20,000 bases of DNA from an uncultured Methanosarcinales archaeon (GTDB lineage: Archaea; Nanobdellota; Nanobdellia; Woesearchaeales; UBA12501). This document shows, one piece after another, positions 1 through 8,597 of this stretch. Within the stretch, counting starts at the first letter, position 1; every line of letters starts with the position of its first letter. Both the position numbers and the translations under genes were made by a program. Below the pieces are notes generated by a model. The model had not been told where the DNA came from, ran no database searches, and worked only from the letters and a program-made list of their open reading frames with translations. Location of the stretch: assembly GCA_964397315.1 (NCBI GenBank), contig CAYNHV010000005.1, forward strand, positions 49,466 through 69,465. The letters run 5' to 3'.

Positions 1-3000
1 AGCTGCCTCTCATTGAACATTGTGTTGTAGAGGCCTGTATCACCATACCTTCCTGTTATGTCCTCCTGTATGCCCCTTCCTGACTCTGCAATTGCCTTTG
101 CAAACCCTCCGGGCCCGCTGTAGTCAGTATCCCTTGACTCTCCCACCCCGTATGCCTGGACAAAGCACCTTATTGCCTTGTATATGAGGTCGCAGACATA
201 CTGGGCCAGCACTGCCCTGCACACTCCGGGGCTTCCGTCTCCTGTCAGGAGTATTGTCTCAAAGCACTGCTTTACCTGCACAAGTATGTTCCTCCAGAGC
301 TGGAGGTGGCCGTTTATTGCAGGAAGGCAGGCGCACTTAACTGAGTTAACCAGCCCTTTTGTCGGGTTGACAACATACTCCCTCTGGCTCTCGTGATAAT
401 CATCCTGCATTGATGACGGAGTCTGGTTGCCCCTGCCCGCGCAGCTGGCATAAACAGGAGTCCCTCTTACTCTTCCCTCAGCGCCAACCTCGCTTCCGAG
501 CTGGTATATTATGCCTGAGCTCTGGTCTATTGCGCAGCTGCTTATTGTTTTTCTCCCAATATCGCCTCCTCCTGAGAAGCACTGGCTGTCGCTTCTCTTG
601 TACAGCATAAGCGGCCTGTCTCCGGGCTCAACAATCGCCATGACCTCTTGAGTATAAGCTCTCCTGTTTCCCCCTGATACAACGTAAACATTCCTGTTGT
701 TGACTGTTCCCAGATAGCCTGGGCAATCAGGGTTTGGCCTTGACCTCTCATGCTGCCTATCAATCCCTGCCTCTGTCTCGGTTCCTGCCTCCTCAACCTT
801 GCAGTAATACCAGTTTCCTGAGTTGTCCTTGCACACAGCAGTCCTGTCATACTGGACAATGTTGACATTGCTGTCCTCCCCGCCTGCCTTGCTGCAGAGG
901 TTGGACATGCTCATTGACCTCATGAAGTTCTTGACATCATTCTCGCATGAGGGCAGCGAGGAGAGTCCCTCATGGCCTGACTCCATTGCAAGGAGGCATT
1001 TTGACTCTGTGAGCTCATTCCTTATGCCCACGCATGCAGAGTCCCAGTCATTCATGTACTGCTGGCCGCAGCACTGCTCTGAAGATCCTTCTCCTTCCTC
1101 GCAGTTGATTGCTGTTGTGACTGCCTGCTGGAAGTTCTGGGATGTGGGGTTTCCCTCAAGAGCCTCTATGTAATCAAGGGAGTTGGCCCTGCTGCTGTCG
1201 CACACAACAGAATCCCCCTTGTCTCCTCCTGGGTAGCCGGTGTCCCTTATGTACTTGTTTATCATCGGCACGCTGGGGCAGAACACCCTGTCGCAGATCC
1301 AGTGCATGGCAAGCTTTGTCTGCTCAAGCTTTTTCTTTGCTGAACTGCACCTGCTGCTTGAGCTGTCCCTTCCGCAGAATATCTTCTCCTGCACCATCAT
1401 CACGAAATACACAACCCAGGAGAGCAGGCAGGTTATGAATATAGTGAGTGTTATCTCCTGCAGGGGCTCAAGTATATCATCTATTGTGTCAATGGTCTTC
1501 TGCAGGAATTCTATGGAGTCCTTAAGCAGCCAGTCAGGGATAACCTTGTCAGGGGGCACCTGTATGTCAACTATTGTCCTGGCATCAACGCACTGCCTCT
1601 GTATTCTCCTGACAGTCTCTCCCTGATTATCCTGGTATGAGTATTCAATCTCAATCTCTATAGGGACCATGAGCTCAACCTCGTCCCTGTCAATGCCCTC
1701 TCTAAGATCCTCCCACTCAGCCTGGGTGTAGTCAATCTGGTTAAGGGGAATTGTGGAATAGAATGTCCTTCTTGACGCCTGGTCAAGGAATCCTGTTGGA
1801 GTGCCTGAAAGCTCGTCAGGGTCAATGACAAAGTCCTTTCTTACCTCCTCATTGAGAGAGTATTTCCTTACAGCAAAGTTCTCAACCCTGGGCCTGCTCC
1901 CCTCCCCTGTAATGCCTCCCTCATCCTCGCCAGGCCCCTGCCACTCAAGGGTTCCCCAGAAGTTCAGCTCTGCAATGCCCTGCCTGAGGTGCTCTGGAGT
2001 CACGACAGATGGTGTCATCTCCCTGATGTTGATGTTCCAGTCACCCCCAACCCCGCATTTGGCAAAGCTCACAACATCCTCAACCTCGTCAGACCTTCCA
2101 AAGTCATCAACAGCAACAATTCTTATCACATTGTCCCACACGCTTGGGATGCCGTAGGCCTCTCCTGTGGTGTCGCCTCCTGTCACAGTCTGCTGGTCAG
2201 GCTGCTCTGTTGGCTGCTGGCCTCCTGTGCCCTGCTCCTGAGTGAGTCCTGTCTCTGTAAGGTCAGAGACTATGTCCTGGGTCAGGAAAACATCAAGCTT
2301 AAACCTTCCGTTCTCGTCTGTTGTGGTGACGTAATCCTCCTCATACTGGCCTGTGGCAAGGCCTCCGTAATGCACCACCATGTCCCTCAGGCTTGTGCTC
2401 CACGCATCTGACGATCTTGTCAGGTTGTTGACAAACACTATGACCTTCACGTTGGGCTTTGACGCATTGCCTCTTACCTCTATATTCTGCACATATGAGG
2501 GGTCAAGCTGGGGAAGGTTGTGGTCAACTATCTGGGGACCCTGCTCGTCCACTGTTATGGTGTTGCTGAAAGAGACTGTGTTGCCCCCCCTGTCCCTGAA
2601 TGAGAGCAGCACATTGTTGCTCCTGCCTGAGTCAAGGCTTAGGGAGAGTTCAAACTCATTGTCTGCTGACTCTGTTCTTGTATCATTGTTGACTCTTATT
2701 GTTATGTTGACAGGCTCTGTGGTTGTTCCCTTGACATTAAGGGATGAGGATGGTGCTGTTGAGGGAAGGCCGCTGAGTGAGAACTGGATTTCAGAGTCAG
2801 GGCTTGTGACCTCAAGTGTTATGTTTGGGGGTGTTGTGTCAATCCTTACTGTATGGCTTTCCTGGTTGGTGTTGCCTGCAGAGTCTCTCACCCACACAAC
2901 AATCTCATTGCTGTCCTGAGGGAGGTTCACTCTTGGAAAGACGAATATGCCTGTGGCGTCAGAAGACGCTATGTAATCATAGTTTGACGTGCCCACTGCA

Positions 3001-3509
3001 GAGTCCGGCCTGTTCACATACACCCTCACTATTGAGTCAGGGTCTGTCACCCCAGTAAACCCTATCCACGGCGCATTATGGTAAGCAGGGAGTGAGGCAT
3101 TGATTCTTGGAGGGGTGGTGTCAGCCGGTGTTGTGAAAGAGTAGTAGTTGCCGCTGTTGTCGTCAGTGATTGTCTCGCCTGTCTGGTTCGTGGATATGAG
3201 GCTGTAATAGTATGTTGTTCCGGGGAGGAGTCCTTCCAGCCTTACACTGTGGCTGCTCCCTATTGTGCTGTTCTCCTCTGAGCTGCCGAGGCTTGCTGTC
3301 TCGCCATACTCCACCTCTGCGTCAGCATTGTCATCTGTTGTCCATCTTATCTCCGCGCTTCTCTCTCCGGCAGTAACCTCTGTGTTGGGGTTGTGGCTTA
3401 TGGAGAACGCGCTGACAAGAGAGAAGTTCATGATTAGGTAGATGCAGAATACAGCTATTATGTGAAGCCAGCCCTTTTTCATGCTCTGTTCCCTCTCCTT
3501 TTCTTGCAT
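1..3509 (-). CDS. Large surface protein (>=1160 aa, runs off the left edge): N-terminal signal/TM segment, FN3-like and Ig-like repeats, internal TM segment, Cys-rich helical domain
   Basis: Absent from the ORF track because no stop lies in the window. Manual translation is open from ATG 3509 (or 3482, MKKGWLHIIAVFCIYLIMNFSLVSA) to base 3. FN3-like segment AEIRWTTDDNADAEVEYG...HSVRLEGLLPGTTYYY; Ig-repeat linkers DTTPP and DSAGN/DRGGN; hydrophobic ITLTIFITCLLSWVVYFVMMV; Cys motifs WICDRVFCP and NPTKGLVNSVKCACLPAI. Confidence 0.88.
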   Translation of the reverse strand, partial: MQEKEREQSMKKGWLHIIAVFCIYLIMNFSLVSAFSISHNPNTEVTAGERSAEIRWTTDDNADAEVEYGETASLGSSEENSTIGSSHSVRLEGLLPGTTYYYSLISTNQTGETITDDNSGNYYSFTTPADTTPPRINASLPAYHNAPWIGFTGVTDPDSIVRVYVNRPDSAVGTSNYDYIASSDATGIFVFPRVNLPQDSNEIVVWVRDSAGNTNQESHTVRIDTTPPNITLEVTSPDSEIQFSLSGLPSTAPSSSLNVKGTTTEPVNITIRVNNDTRTESADNEFELSLSLDSGRSNNVLLSFRDRGGNTVSFSNTITVDEQGPQIVDHNLPQLDPSYVQNIEVRGNASKPNVKVIVFVNNLTRSSDAWSTSLRDMVVHYGGLATGQYEEDYVTTTDENGRFKLDVFLTQDIVSDLTETGLTQEQGTGGQQPTEQPDQQTVTGGDTTGEAYGIPSVWDNVIRIVAVDDFGRSDEVEDVVSFAKCGVGGDWNINIREMTPSVVTPEHLRQGIAELNFWGTLEWQGPGEDEGGITGEGSRPRVENFAVRKYSLNEEVRKDFVIDPDELSGTPTGFLDQASRRTFYSTIPLNQIDYTQAEWEDLREGIDRDEVELMVPIEIEIEYSYQDNQGETVRRIQRQCVDARTIVDIQVPPDKVIPDWLLKDSIEFLQKTIDTIDDILEPLQEITLTIFITCLLSWVVYFVMMVQEKIFCGRDSSSSRCSSAKKKLEQTKLAMHWICDRVFCPSVPMINKYIRDTGYPGGDKGDSVVCDSSRANSLDYIEALEGNPTSQNFQQAVTTAINCEEGEGSSEQCCGQQYMNDWDSACVGIRNELTESKCLLAMESGHEGLSSLPSCENDVKNFMRSMSMSNLCSKAGGEDSNVNIVQYDRTAVCKDNSGNWYYCKVEEAGTETEAGIDRQHERSRPNPDCPGYLGTVNNRNVYVVSGGNRRAYTQEVMAIVEPGDRPLMLYKRSDSQCFSGGGDIGRKTISSCAIDQSSGIIYQLGSEVGAEGRVRGTPVYASCAGRGNQTPSSMQDDYHESQREYVVNPTKGLVNSVKCACLPAINGHLQLWRNILVQVKQCFETILLTGDGSPGVCRAVLAQYVCDLIYKAIRCFVQAYGVGESRDTDYSGPGGFAKAIAESGRGIQEDITGRYGDTGLYNTMFNERQ

Positions 3510-3538
3510 TCCTCCTTCATCATTCCTGGCTTAAGCCT

Positions 3539-3601
3539 TTATTTATCCCTTATTTATCCATTATTTATAATTTTAACGTGGATTTTATAATTTTAACGCG
3601 G
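3539..3601 (-). repeat. Tandem AT-rich repeats upstream of the large surface-protein gene, probably duplicated promoter elements
   Basis: TTTATAATTTTAACGYGG at 3564-3581 and 3584-3601 (20-bp period); TTATTTATCC at 3539-3548 and 3550-3559 (11-bp period). Confidence 0.65.
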
Positions 3602-3623
3602 CTTTGGCAGGATTGGCCTGTGT

Positions 3624-5588
3624 TCAGCTGAATGATGGCATGAGCCTAGTGTTGTAAGCTCCCTCCTCAAGCATTGTTATCATCCCAGCCATCTCTTTTG
3701 TGCTGCGGGGGTGGGGTATCTTCTCCAAGGCGGTGAAGGTTATGCTGCTCTTGCCCTTGAGCTGGCTGTCATCAACTGTCCAGTTGCCCCTGAAACCGCC
3801 TATTATCTTTCCTTTCCTGCTCAGGAGGGTTATGTCCAGCCTGTACTTTATGTCATCATCAGGCAGCTTTATGCTCCTGAACTTCTCAGGATCATCGCTC
3901 TCAGGAGGGTATCTCCTGAATATGCTGAAGTCCTCAAGCTGGTCTGTCTGCAGGTGGATGATGGCTGTCTCGTTGGGCTCAAGCTGCTGGGGCTGCTGGA
4001 GGTCAGGGCCTGTAAGCCTTCTCTTGACAACCTCAAAGTTCATCTCCTTCAGGGGTGTCATCAGTATGTCAGTGTAAGTGGCTTCAGGGCTTACTGTCTT
4101 TGTTGTCTTTGCATAATTCCTGTGGTCTGCCTCAAGCCTGGCAGGAGAGCAGAAGCTCGGCAGCCTGGTGCTGAGCCTGTTGACTCCGAGCTCAAATCCT
4201 GTCTTCCCAAGCCCGCAGTAGTACACGTTCATGCAGTTGAATGTGATGTTGACGCCGGGTATGTCCTCCATTGTCTTCTTGTCCTTTGCGTAGACTGCAA
4301 TCTCCCTGTCCAGCCTCTCATCGCAGAACTCACCGCCTATGCCCTCTGGATACTCATAGAGCTCTATGGGAAAGTCGCTCCTGTCCGGCTTGTTGTGGTT
4401 TATCAGCACAGGCGTGGCGTAGCGGAATGTGTAGCCCTCTCCGCCGAAGGCAGAGGGGTCTGTGACTCTTATCTCAACAGGGTATATGACATCATAGGTG
4501 AAGTGGTAGGCGTTGATGCACAAAAAGCTGAGGTAATACTGGGGGCTTCCCTTGCCCCAGCTTGACTCCAGCACATCTCCCCTGCCGGGCCTGGCGTGAA
4601 TCTCAAAGCTCCAGCCCTTCTGGTAATTGACATTGGCCCTTAAGTCCTTGTAATCTCTGGTTGCGGCATCCCAGAAGAAGTGGAAGTACTCATACGCATC
4701 CTCTGGAGTGTCCTCAGGTGTTATTCCCTTTCCTATGTCCTGCGGGGTGTACGCCCTCAAAAGCTCGTACTTGGAAGAGTGCTCCTGGAACGGAACATGG
4801 TCAGTGCCCTTGATGCGAATCTTGGGAATGTTGTAATAGAGCAAATTCTTGATGTCCTCCTCAATGTCAGGAAGATACCACTGCTTCTGGCCGCACTCAA
4901 AGAGTATGTCGGTGAAGGGTATATCCTTGCCTGCTGTCATAAGGTCTATGGTCATTTTCTCAAGAAATGCCTGGTTGTTCTCTGAGACCATTATCTCCTT
5001 TGCAAGATTGTAAACCCTTTTCATGCTGATGCTGAGCTCTGACGTGAACCTGCTCATGGTGCTGGCTCCCTCACTCCCCCTTAGCCTTACTCTCAGAGGA
5101 AATTCCATGTCAGCGACCACCTTGTTGTCGCTTATTGAAGAGTCAACAGTGATGTTTCCTGTCCTGGTTATGTTGAAGCTGTCTGACAATGCTGAGAAAT
5201 CAGCTATACACCCCATGATGTTCTCCTCAACATACTGGTCTATCTCCTGCTCCATGCCTGGAATTGTCGGAACCCTGGACCTGCCCCTGTAGAACCAGTA
5301 GGGAACCTTTGCCCCTCCCATGCTTATGTAGCTTGTGGGGTCATGCCTTATCCTGTCAGGCAGGTAGATGTAGCCGCCCTGCATGCCGAGTATGGCAACA
5401 CCATCCTTTACAGTGGAGTGGAGGCAGTCCTCAATGTACAGCTTGACAGGCATAAGCTCCTCAGGGACAACCTCCTCAGGCTCCTCAATGGCAATCTCAT
5501 GCCTGAAGTAGAGAATCACCCCTAGGAAAGCGAGAATAAAGATACCTATGATTATGAATACAGTAATCTGGCCTCTTTTTTTGAGCAT
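3624..5588 (-). CDS. 654-aa protein with class III (type IV prepilin-like) signal peptide; paralog of 11933..14131
   Basis: MLKKRG|QITVFIIIGIFILAFLGVILYF fits the archaeal PibD/FlaK cleavage pattern. Motifs PVKLYIEDCL, GMQGGYI, VPYW and DPSAFGGEGY are shared with the paralog. Confidence 0.85.
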   Translation of the reverse strand: MLKKRGQITVFIIIGIFILAFLGVILYFRHEIAIEEPEEVVPEELMPVKLYIEDCLHSTVKDGVAILGMQGGYIYLPDRIRHDPTSYISMGGAKVPYWFYRGRSRVPTIPGMEQEIDQYVEENIMGCIADFSALSDSFNITRTGNITVDSSISDNKVVADMEFPLRVRLRGSEGASTMSRFTSELSISMKRVYNLAKEIMVSENNQAFLEKMTIDLMTAGKDIPFTDILFECGQKQWYLPDIEEDIKNLLYYNIPKIRIKGTDHVPFQEHSSKYELLRAYTPQDIGKGITPEDTPEDAYEYFHFFWDAATRDYKDLRANVNYQKGWSFEIHARPGRGDVLESSWGKGSPQYYLSFLCINAYHFTYDVIYPVEIRVTDPSAFGGEGYTFRYATPVLINHNKPDRSDFPIELYEYPEGIGGEFCDERLDREIAVYAKDKKTMEDIPGVNITFNCMNVYYCGLGKTGFELGVNRLSTRLPSFCSPARLEADHRNYAKTTKTVSPEATYTDILMTPLKEMNFEVVKRRLTGPDLQQPQQLEPNETAIIHLQTDQLEDFSIFRRYPPESDDPEKFRSIKLPDDDIKYRLDITLLSRKGKIIGGFRGNWTVDDSQLKGKSSITFTALEKIPHPRSTKEMAGMITMLEEGAYNTRLMPSFS

Positions 5589-5612
5589 CTCAGCATGAAT
5601 TTGGAGATTACA

Positions 5613-5627
5613 TTTATAAATGTTTTT
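5613..5627 (-). promoter_or_regulatory. Archaeal TATA box with A-rich BRE-like flank for the 654-aa gene (leaderless)
   Basis: Minus strand AAAAACA-TTTATAAA; TATA at 5613-5620, 25 nt from ATG 5588. Confidence 0.7.
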
Positions 5628-5663
5628 GTTGGTAAACAGAGGGTAAACAGGGGGATGCAGAGG

Positions 5664-5907
5664 TTAACAAATCCTGATGATTCCTGGAGATGATATGGGC
5701 TTATGATTGTTATTCATGGTGATTCCTGCCATTTGGGAGGTTATGTTCTTATGCTTATAACTCATGGTACTTCCTTTTGGAGAAATGTGTTCCTGCTGAT
5801 TTTTCCTGATACTCCCTTTTGGGAAAGTGTGTTTTTGCTGATTCTTCATAGTGCCTCCCGCCCTCTAGGATATGATATTTTTATGATTATAATTCCTGGT
5901 ACTTCCC
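5664..5907 (-). repeat. Degenerate tandem repeat, about 5 units of 42-48 bp; includes a 61-aa repeat ORF (5664..5849)
   Basis: Minus-strand units begin GG(A/G)AGTA(C/T)C or GGAATCA(C/T)C, followed by AGGA or ATGA. In frame they read KNQQKHTFPKGS, KNQQEHISPKGS, SYKHKNITSQMAGIT, NNNHKPISSPGII. Confidence 0.6.
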
Positions 5908-6153
5908 ACCCTTACTGCACAACCACCTCACAAGTTCGCACCTTCTGAGTCCACACAACTCCCCGCTTCTGCCTCCAATAAGCCCTCCCAATGATATGCT
6001 TAAAGCGCTCTCGGGCTGGTGTTTGTGTGATTAGCATGTGTGAGGGGATGGGGGGCGGGAAAAATCAGGGTGTAAAGCAAACAGGGAGGAGGAGAAATCA
6101 GGAAGATTCATTGTTACTTCCTAATGAAATCCCGAAGGTTTACTATTTTTATA

Positions 6154-6316
6154 TGTCAGAAATATACCACTGATTTATTTAACCAGTGGACAAAGTCCAC
6201 AAAGGCATATCCGCAGAGGGTATATTTCTGAGCATGCTCAAAAACCACAGGTCAATAAAGAATGAGAATGAAGCTTTCGCTTCATGCCACCGGTCTCTGA
6301 CCGGTGGTTTTTGACA
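6154..6316. mobile_element. Non-coding bipartite palindromic element (MITE/REPIN-like or structured RNA)
   Basis: Ends TGTCA...TGACA; arm 6156-6168 pairs with 6219-6231 (13 bp); central palindrome TGAGCATGCTCA 6229-6240; arm 6238-6254 pairs with 6298-6314 (16/17); internal hairpins 6186-6200, 6268-6285, 6287-6307. The structure is seen directly; mobility is inferred. Confidence 0.5.
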
Positions 6317-6408
6317 AAACAATCAGGGCTGTGGAAAACTCTGGAAAACTTACAATCTCCGCAAGTTTCATATAAACTCAGCGCGGAGATGTCCTGCCCA
6401 GCACCTTC

Positions 6409-7272
6409 TCATGCCTTGACGTGCTTTTTGAAGACAGAGGCTGCGTAGAGCTTCGCCCAGGTGAGGAGGGCTATGAGCAGCACTGAGTTCAGCACGCTGC
6501 TGATGATTGTGGGCAGGAGAAAGGACAGCAGCGAGACCGCCCAGGCAACCATGAAAACTGCCGCAACAAGCAGGAGGGGGAGCCATAAGACATTAAGCTT
6601 CTTCACCCCCTCAACAAAGGCATTCTTTATTGATGAAAAGACCCTCTCTTTTTTCATGAAAGAGTAATATATCAGGTAGGTGAAGTAGAACAGGGCGATG
6701 ACATACAATAATATCATTATAACAGAGTATGCCATGACCAGCTGCGGAATTTTAAGCACGCCTGAGGACACAAAGATAAGGGCTCCTACTGCTATCACTG
6801 GAATTGCCCACACAATGTTAAGGAGGAAGAACCTCAGGAAATCCTTTACAGCCATGCCTTTCTCAACAAGCGTAGTCCATATCATGTATTTTGAGAGCGC
6901 AAAGCCGGCAATAAGAAGTATCACATAGATTACAGCTGCTGCAATCACCAGGTTGATTGCCCTTGAGATTCCGGCATTCATTGCAGATGCCTGCGCAACC
7001 GCGCCTGTGGTCAGAGCAGAGGGGTCCATGTACCTGAGAGGGTCAATTATCTTCTCCAGTGTAAAGCTCATTATAAAGGAGAGCGCAATAGCCAGGATGT
7101 AGAACATGATGTCAAAGGAAGCCACAAGCAGTGCCTTGAGGCTCTTCAACCGGCTGAAGCTATGCAGGAACCTGCTGAACTCTGCTGACGCGTAGGATTT
7201 CTTCTTTCCTGCGCTGCTTCTCTTGCTGCTGCTCTTGCTCTTCTTTGCTGTCTTGCGCTTTTTTGCCGCCAT
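6409..7272 (-). CDS. 287-aa polytopic membrane protein with Lys/Ser-rich basic N-terminal tail
   Basis: About 6-7 hydrophobic segments; N-terminus MAAKKRKTAKKSKSSSKRSS; Shine-Dalgarno AAGGAGGT just upstream (7280-7287). Confidence 0.85.
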   Translation of the reverse strand: MAAKKRKTAKKSKSSSKRSSAGKKKSYASAEFSRFLHSFSRLKSLKALLVASFDIMFYILAIALSFIMSFTLEKIIDPLRYMDPSALTTGAVAQASAMNAGISRAINLVIAAAVIYVILLIAGFALSKYMIWTTLVEKGMAVKDFLRFFLLNIVWAIPVIAVGALIFVSSGVLKIPQLVMAYSVIMILLYVIALFYFTYLIYYSFMKKERVFSSIKNAFVEGVKKLNVLWLPLLLVAAVFMVAWAVSLLSFLLPTIISSVLNSVLLIALLTWAKLYAASVFKKHVKA

Positions 7273-7310
7273 TTAAGATACCTCCTTCTGTTCATCAGAC
7301 ATCCGATTTA

Positions 7311-8585
7311 TCATGCCATGCCTGCATTGCCGCCCTCAGGCATGTCATCCCCAGCAGGGGGCTGGGGCCTGTTCTCTGGCTCAGGCTCACTATCGTCATC
7401 TCCGCCTCCAAGGCCAAGGTTCAGGTCAAAGCCTAAATCAAGGCCGCCGAATCCGCCAGAGCCGGGGCAGTATGAGCATGAGCCCATGTCAGGCGGAGCC
7501 CCTGCAACCTTAACAGACCTGCACGACCTGTCTCCACCAAGCACCAGCTCAGCCTCATTGTTGAAATTAGTCCCGTGGAACTCAAGGCAGACCCTGCTCA
7601 GGGGCTCGTTCATTGGTATGACAAGGGCTGAGCTTCCTGTAAGAGTGTAGGGGGCTGTGTCACATGCTATGTCCACCAGGTCTGGCTCGCCATCCAAGTT
7701 TATATCAGCCCTTTTCTTAGCCCCGGAATGCCTAAGGATGCCCACGATGTAAAATTTTATATGGTCATTGCAGTCGCTTTCTCCTGAATGCTCTGTAAGG
7801 CCTGAAGAGCTTACAAACACCTCAATCCTGTGCCAGTACTCCTCAACCATCTGGCTTGGATTATCCTCTGATGGGTGCACTATTCTCTGCACTTCCCCAG
7901 TTATCCACGCTGAGGGAGCCATCTGGCCCGGAAGAACCACCACACCCTCCTCAGCTGCCATGCTATCATAATCGGTGGAGTACCTGCATATGCTCTGCTC
8001 CCAGTTCCCTGACACGACCTGCCCGAACTCTGTGGATATGAAATCGCTCACCCCAAGGAAGTCTCCCATAACGCTGTCATCACTCCACCATTCATTCTCA
8101 ATTCCAAGCTGTACAAATCCCCCTGCTATTATCATGGCATCCCTGAATGACATATCAACAGGCTGAGTGAATCGCTGAAGGAAACCGCGGTTCTGGTTCA
8201 GCGCATACTCCACTTCATCATTATATAGGCCAGCGTCTTCTATATCGTCTGTTGTCATGGGTTCACGTCCATCTTCATCACAACCATGACCACTACATCT
8301 ATACATGTTATCATCATCATCAACATAATAGAAATTATAATCGGCGGGATCATTACTACCCTCTGGTCCGATTTCAATCATTTGTCCTCCTTCATCATCA
8401 GGCGTGGTAATAACATTTAATGTTTCCCCCTCAGTTTCTCCCTCCTGTGGCTTACCCTTCATCTGTTCCATTCCAGGTTCAACTCCATCATCCCCAACAG
8501 CAGCATATGCCATGCTCAAGAGCATCACCACTACTGCAATCAACGCAAGGCTTCTCTTAATGGTTTTGCTGTTTCCTTTTCTCAT
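7311..8585 (-). CDS. 424-aa secreted/surface acidic, Cys-containing hypothetical protein
   Basis: Sec-type signal MRKGNSKTIKRSLALIAVVVMLLSMAYA; Asp/Glu-rich; Gly/Pro-rich C-terminal tail; starts 12 nt after the stop of the 1092-aa gene. Confidence 0.82.
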   Translation of the reverse strand: MRKGNSKTIKRSLALIAVVVMLLSMAYAAVGDDGVEPGMEQMKGKPQEGETEGETLNVITTPDDEGGQMIEIGPEGSNDPADYNFYYVDDDDNMYRCSGHGCDEDGREPMTTDDIEDAGLYNDEVEYALNQNRGFLQRFTQPVDMSFRDAMIIAGGFVQLGIENEWWSDDSVMGDFLGVSDFISTEFGQVVSGNWEQSICRYSTDYDSMAAEEGVVVLPGQMAPSAWITGEVQRIVHPSEDNPSQMVEEYWHRIEVFVSSSGLTEHSGESDCNDHIKFYIVGILRHSGAKKRADINLDGEPDLVDIACDTAPYTLTGSSALVIPMNEPLSRVCLEFHGTNFNNEAELVLGGDRSCRSVKVAGAPPDMGSCSYCPGSGGFGGLDLGFDLNLGLGGGDDDSEPEPENRPQPPAGDDMPEGGNAGMA

Positions 8586-8597
8586 TTTGCTGCCTTT

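Noticed and set aside
5865..5867. Stop-codon reassignment or TAG read-through
   Set aside because: Other genes end normally at TAG (8598, 18831) and long ORFs have no internal stops.
5664..5907. CRISPR array
   Set aside because: Units are degenerate along their whole length, with no invariant repeat and unique spacer pattern and no cas genes in the window.
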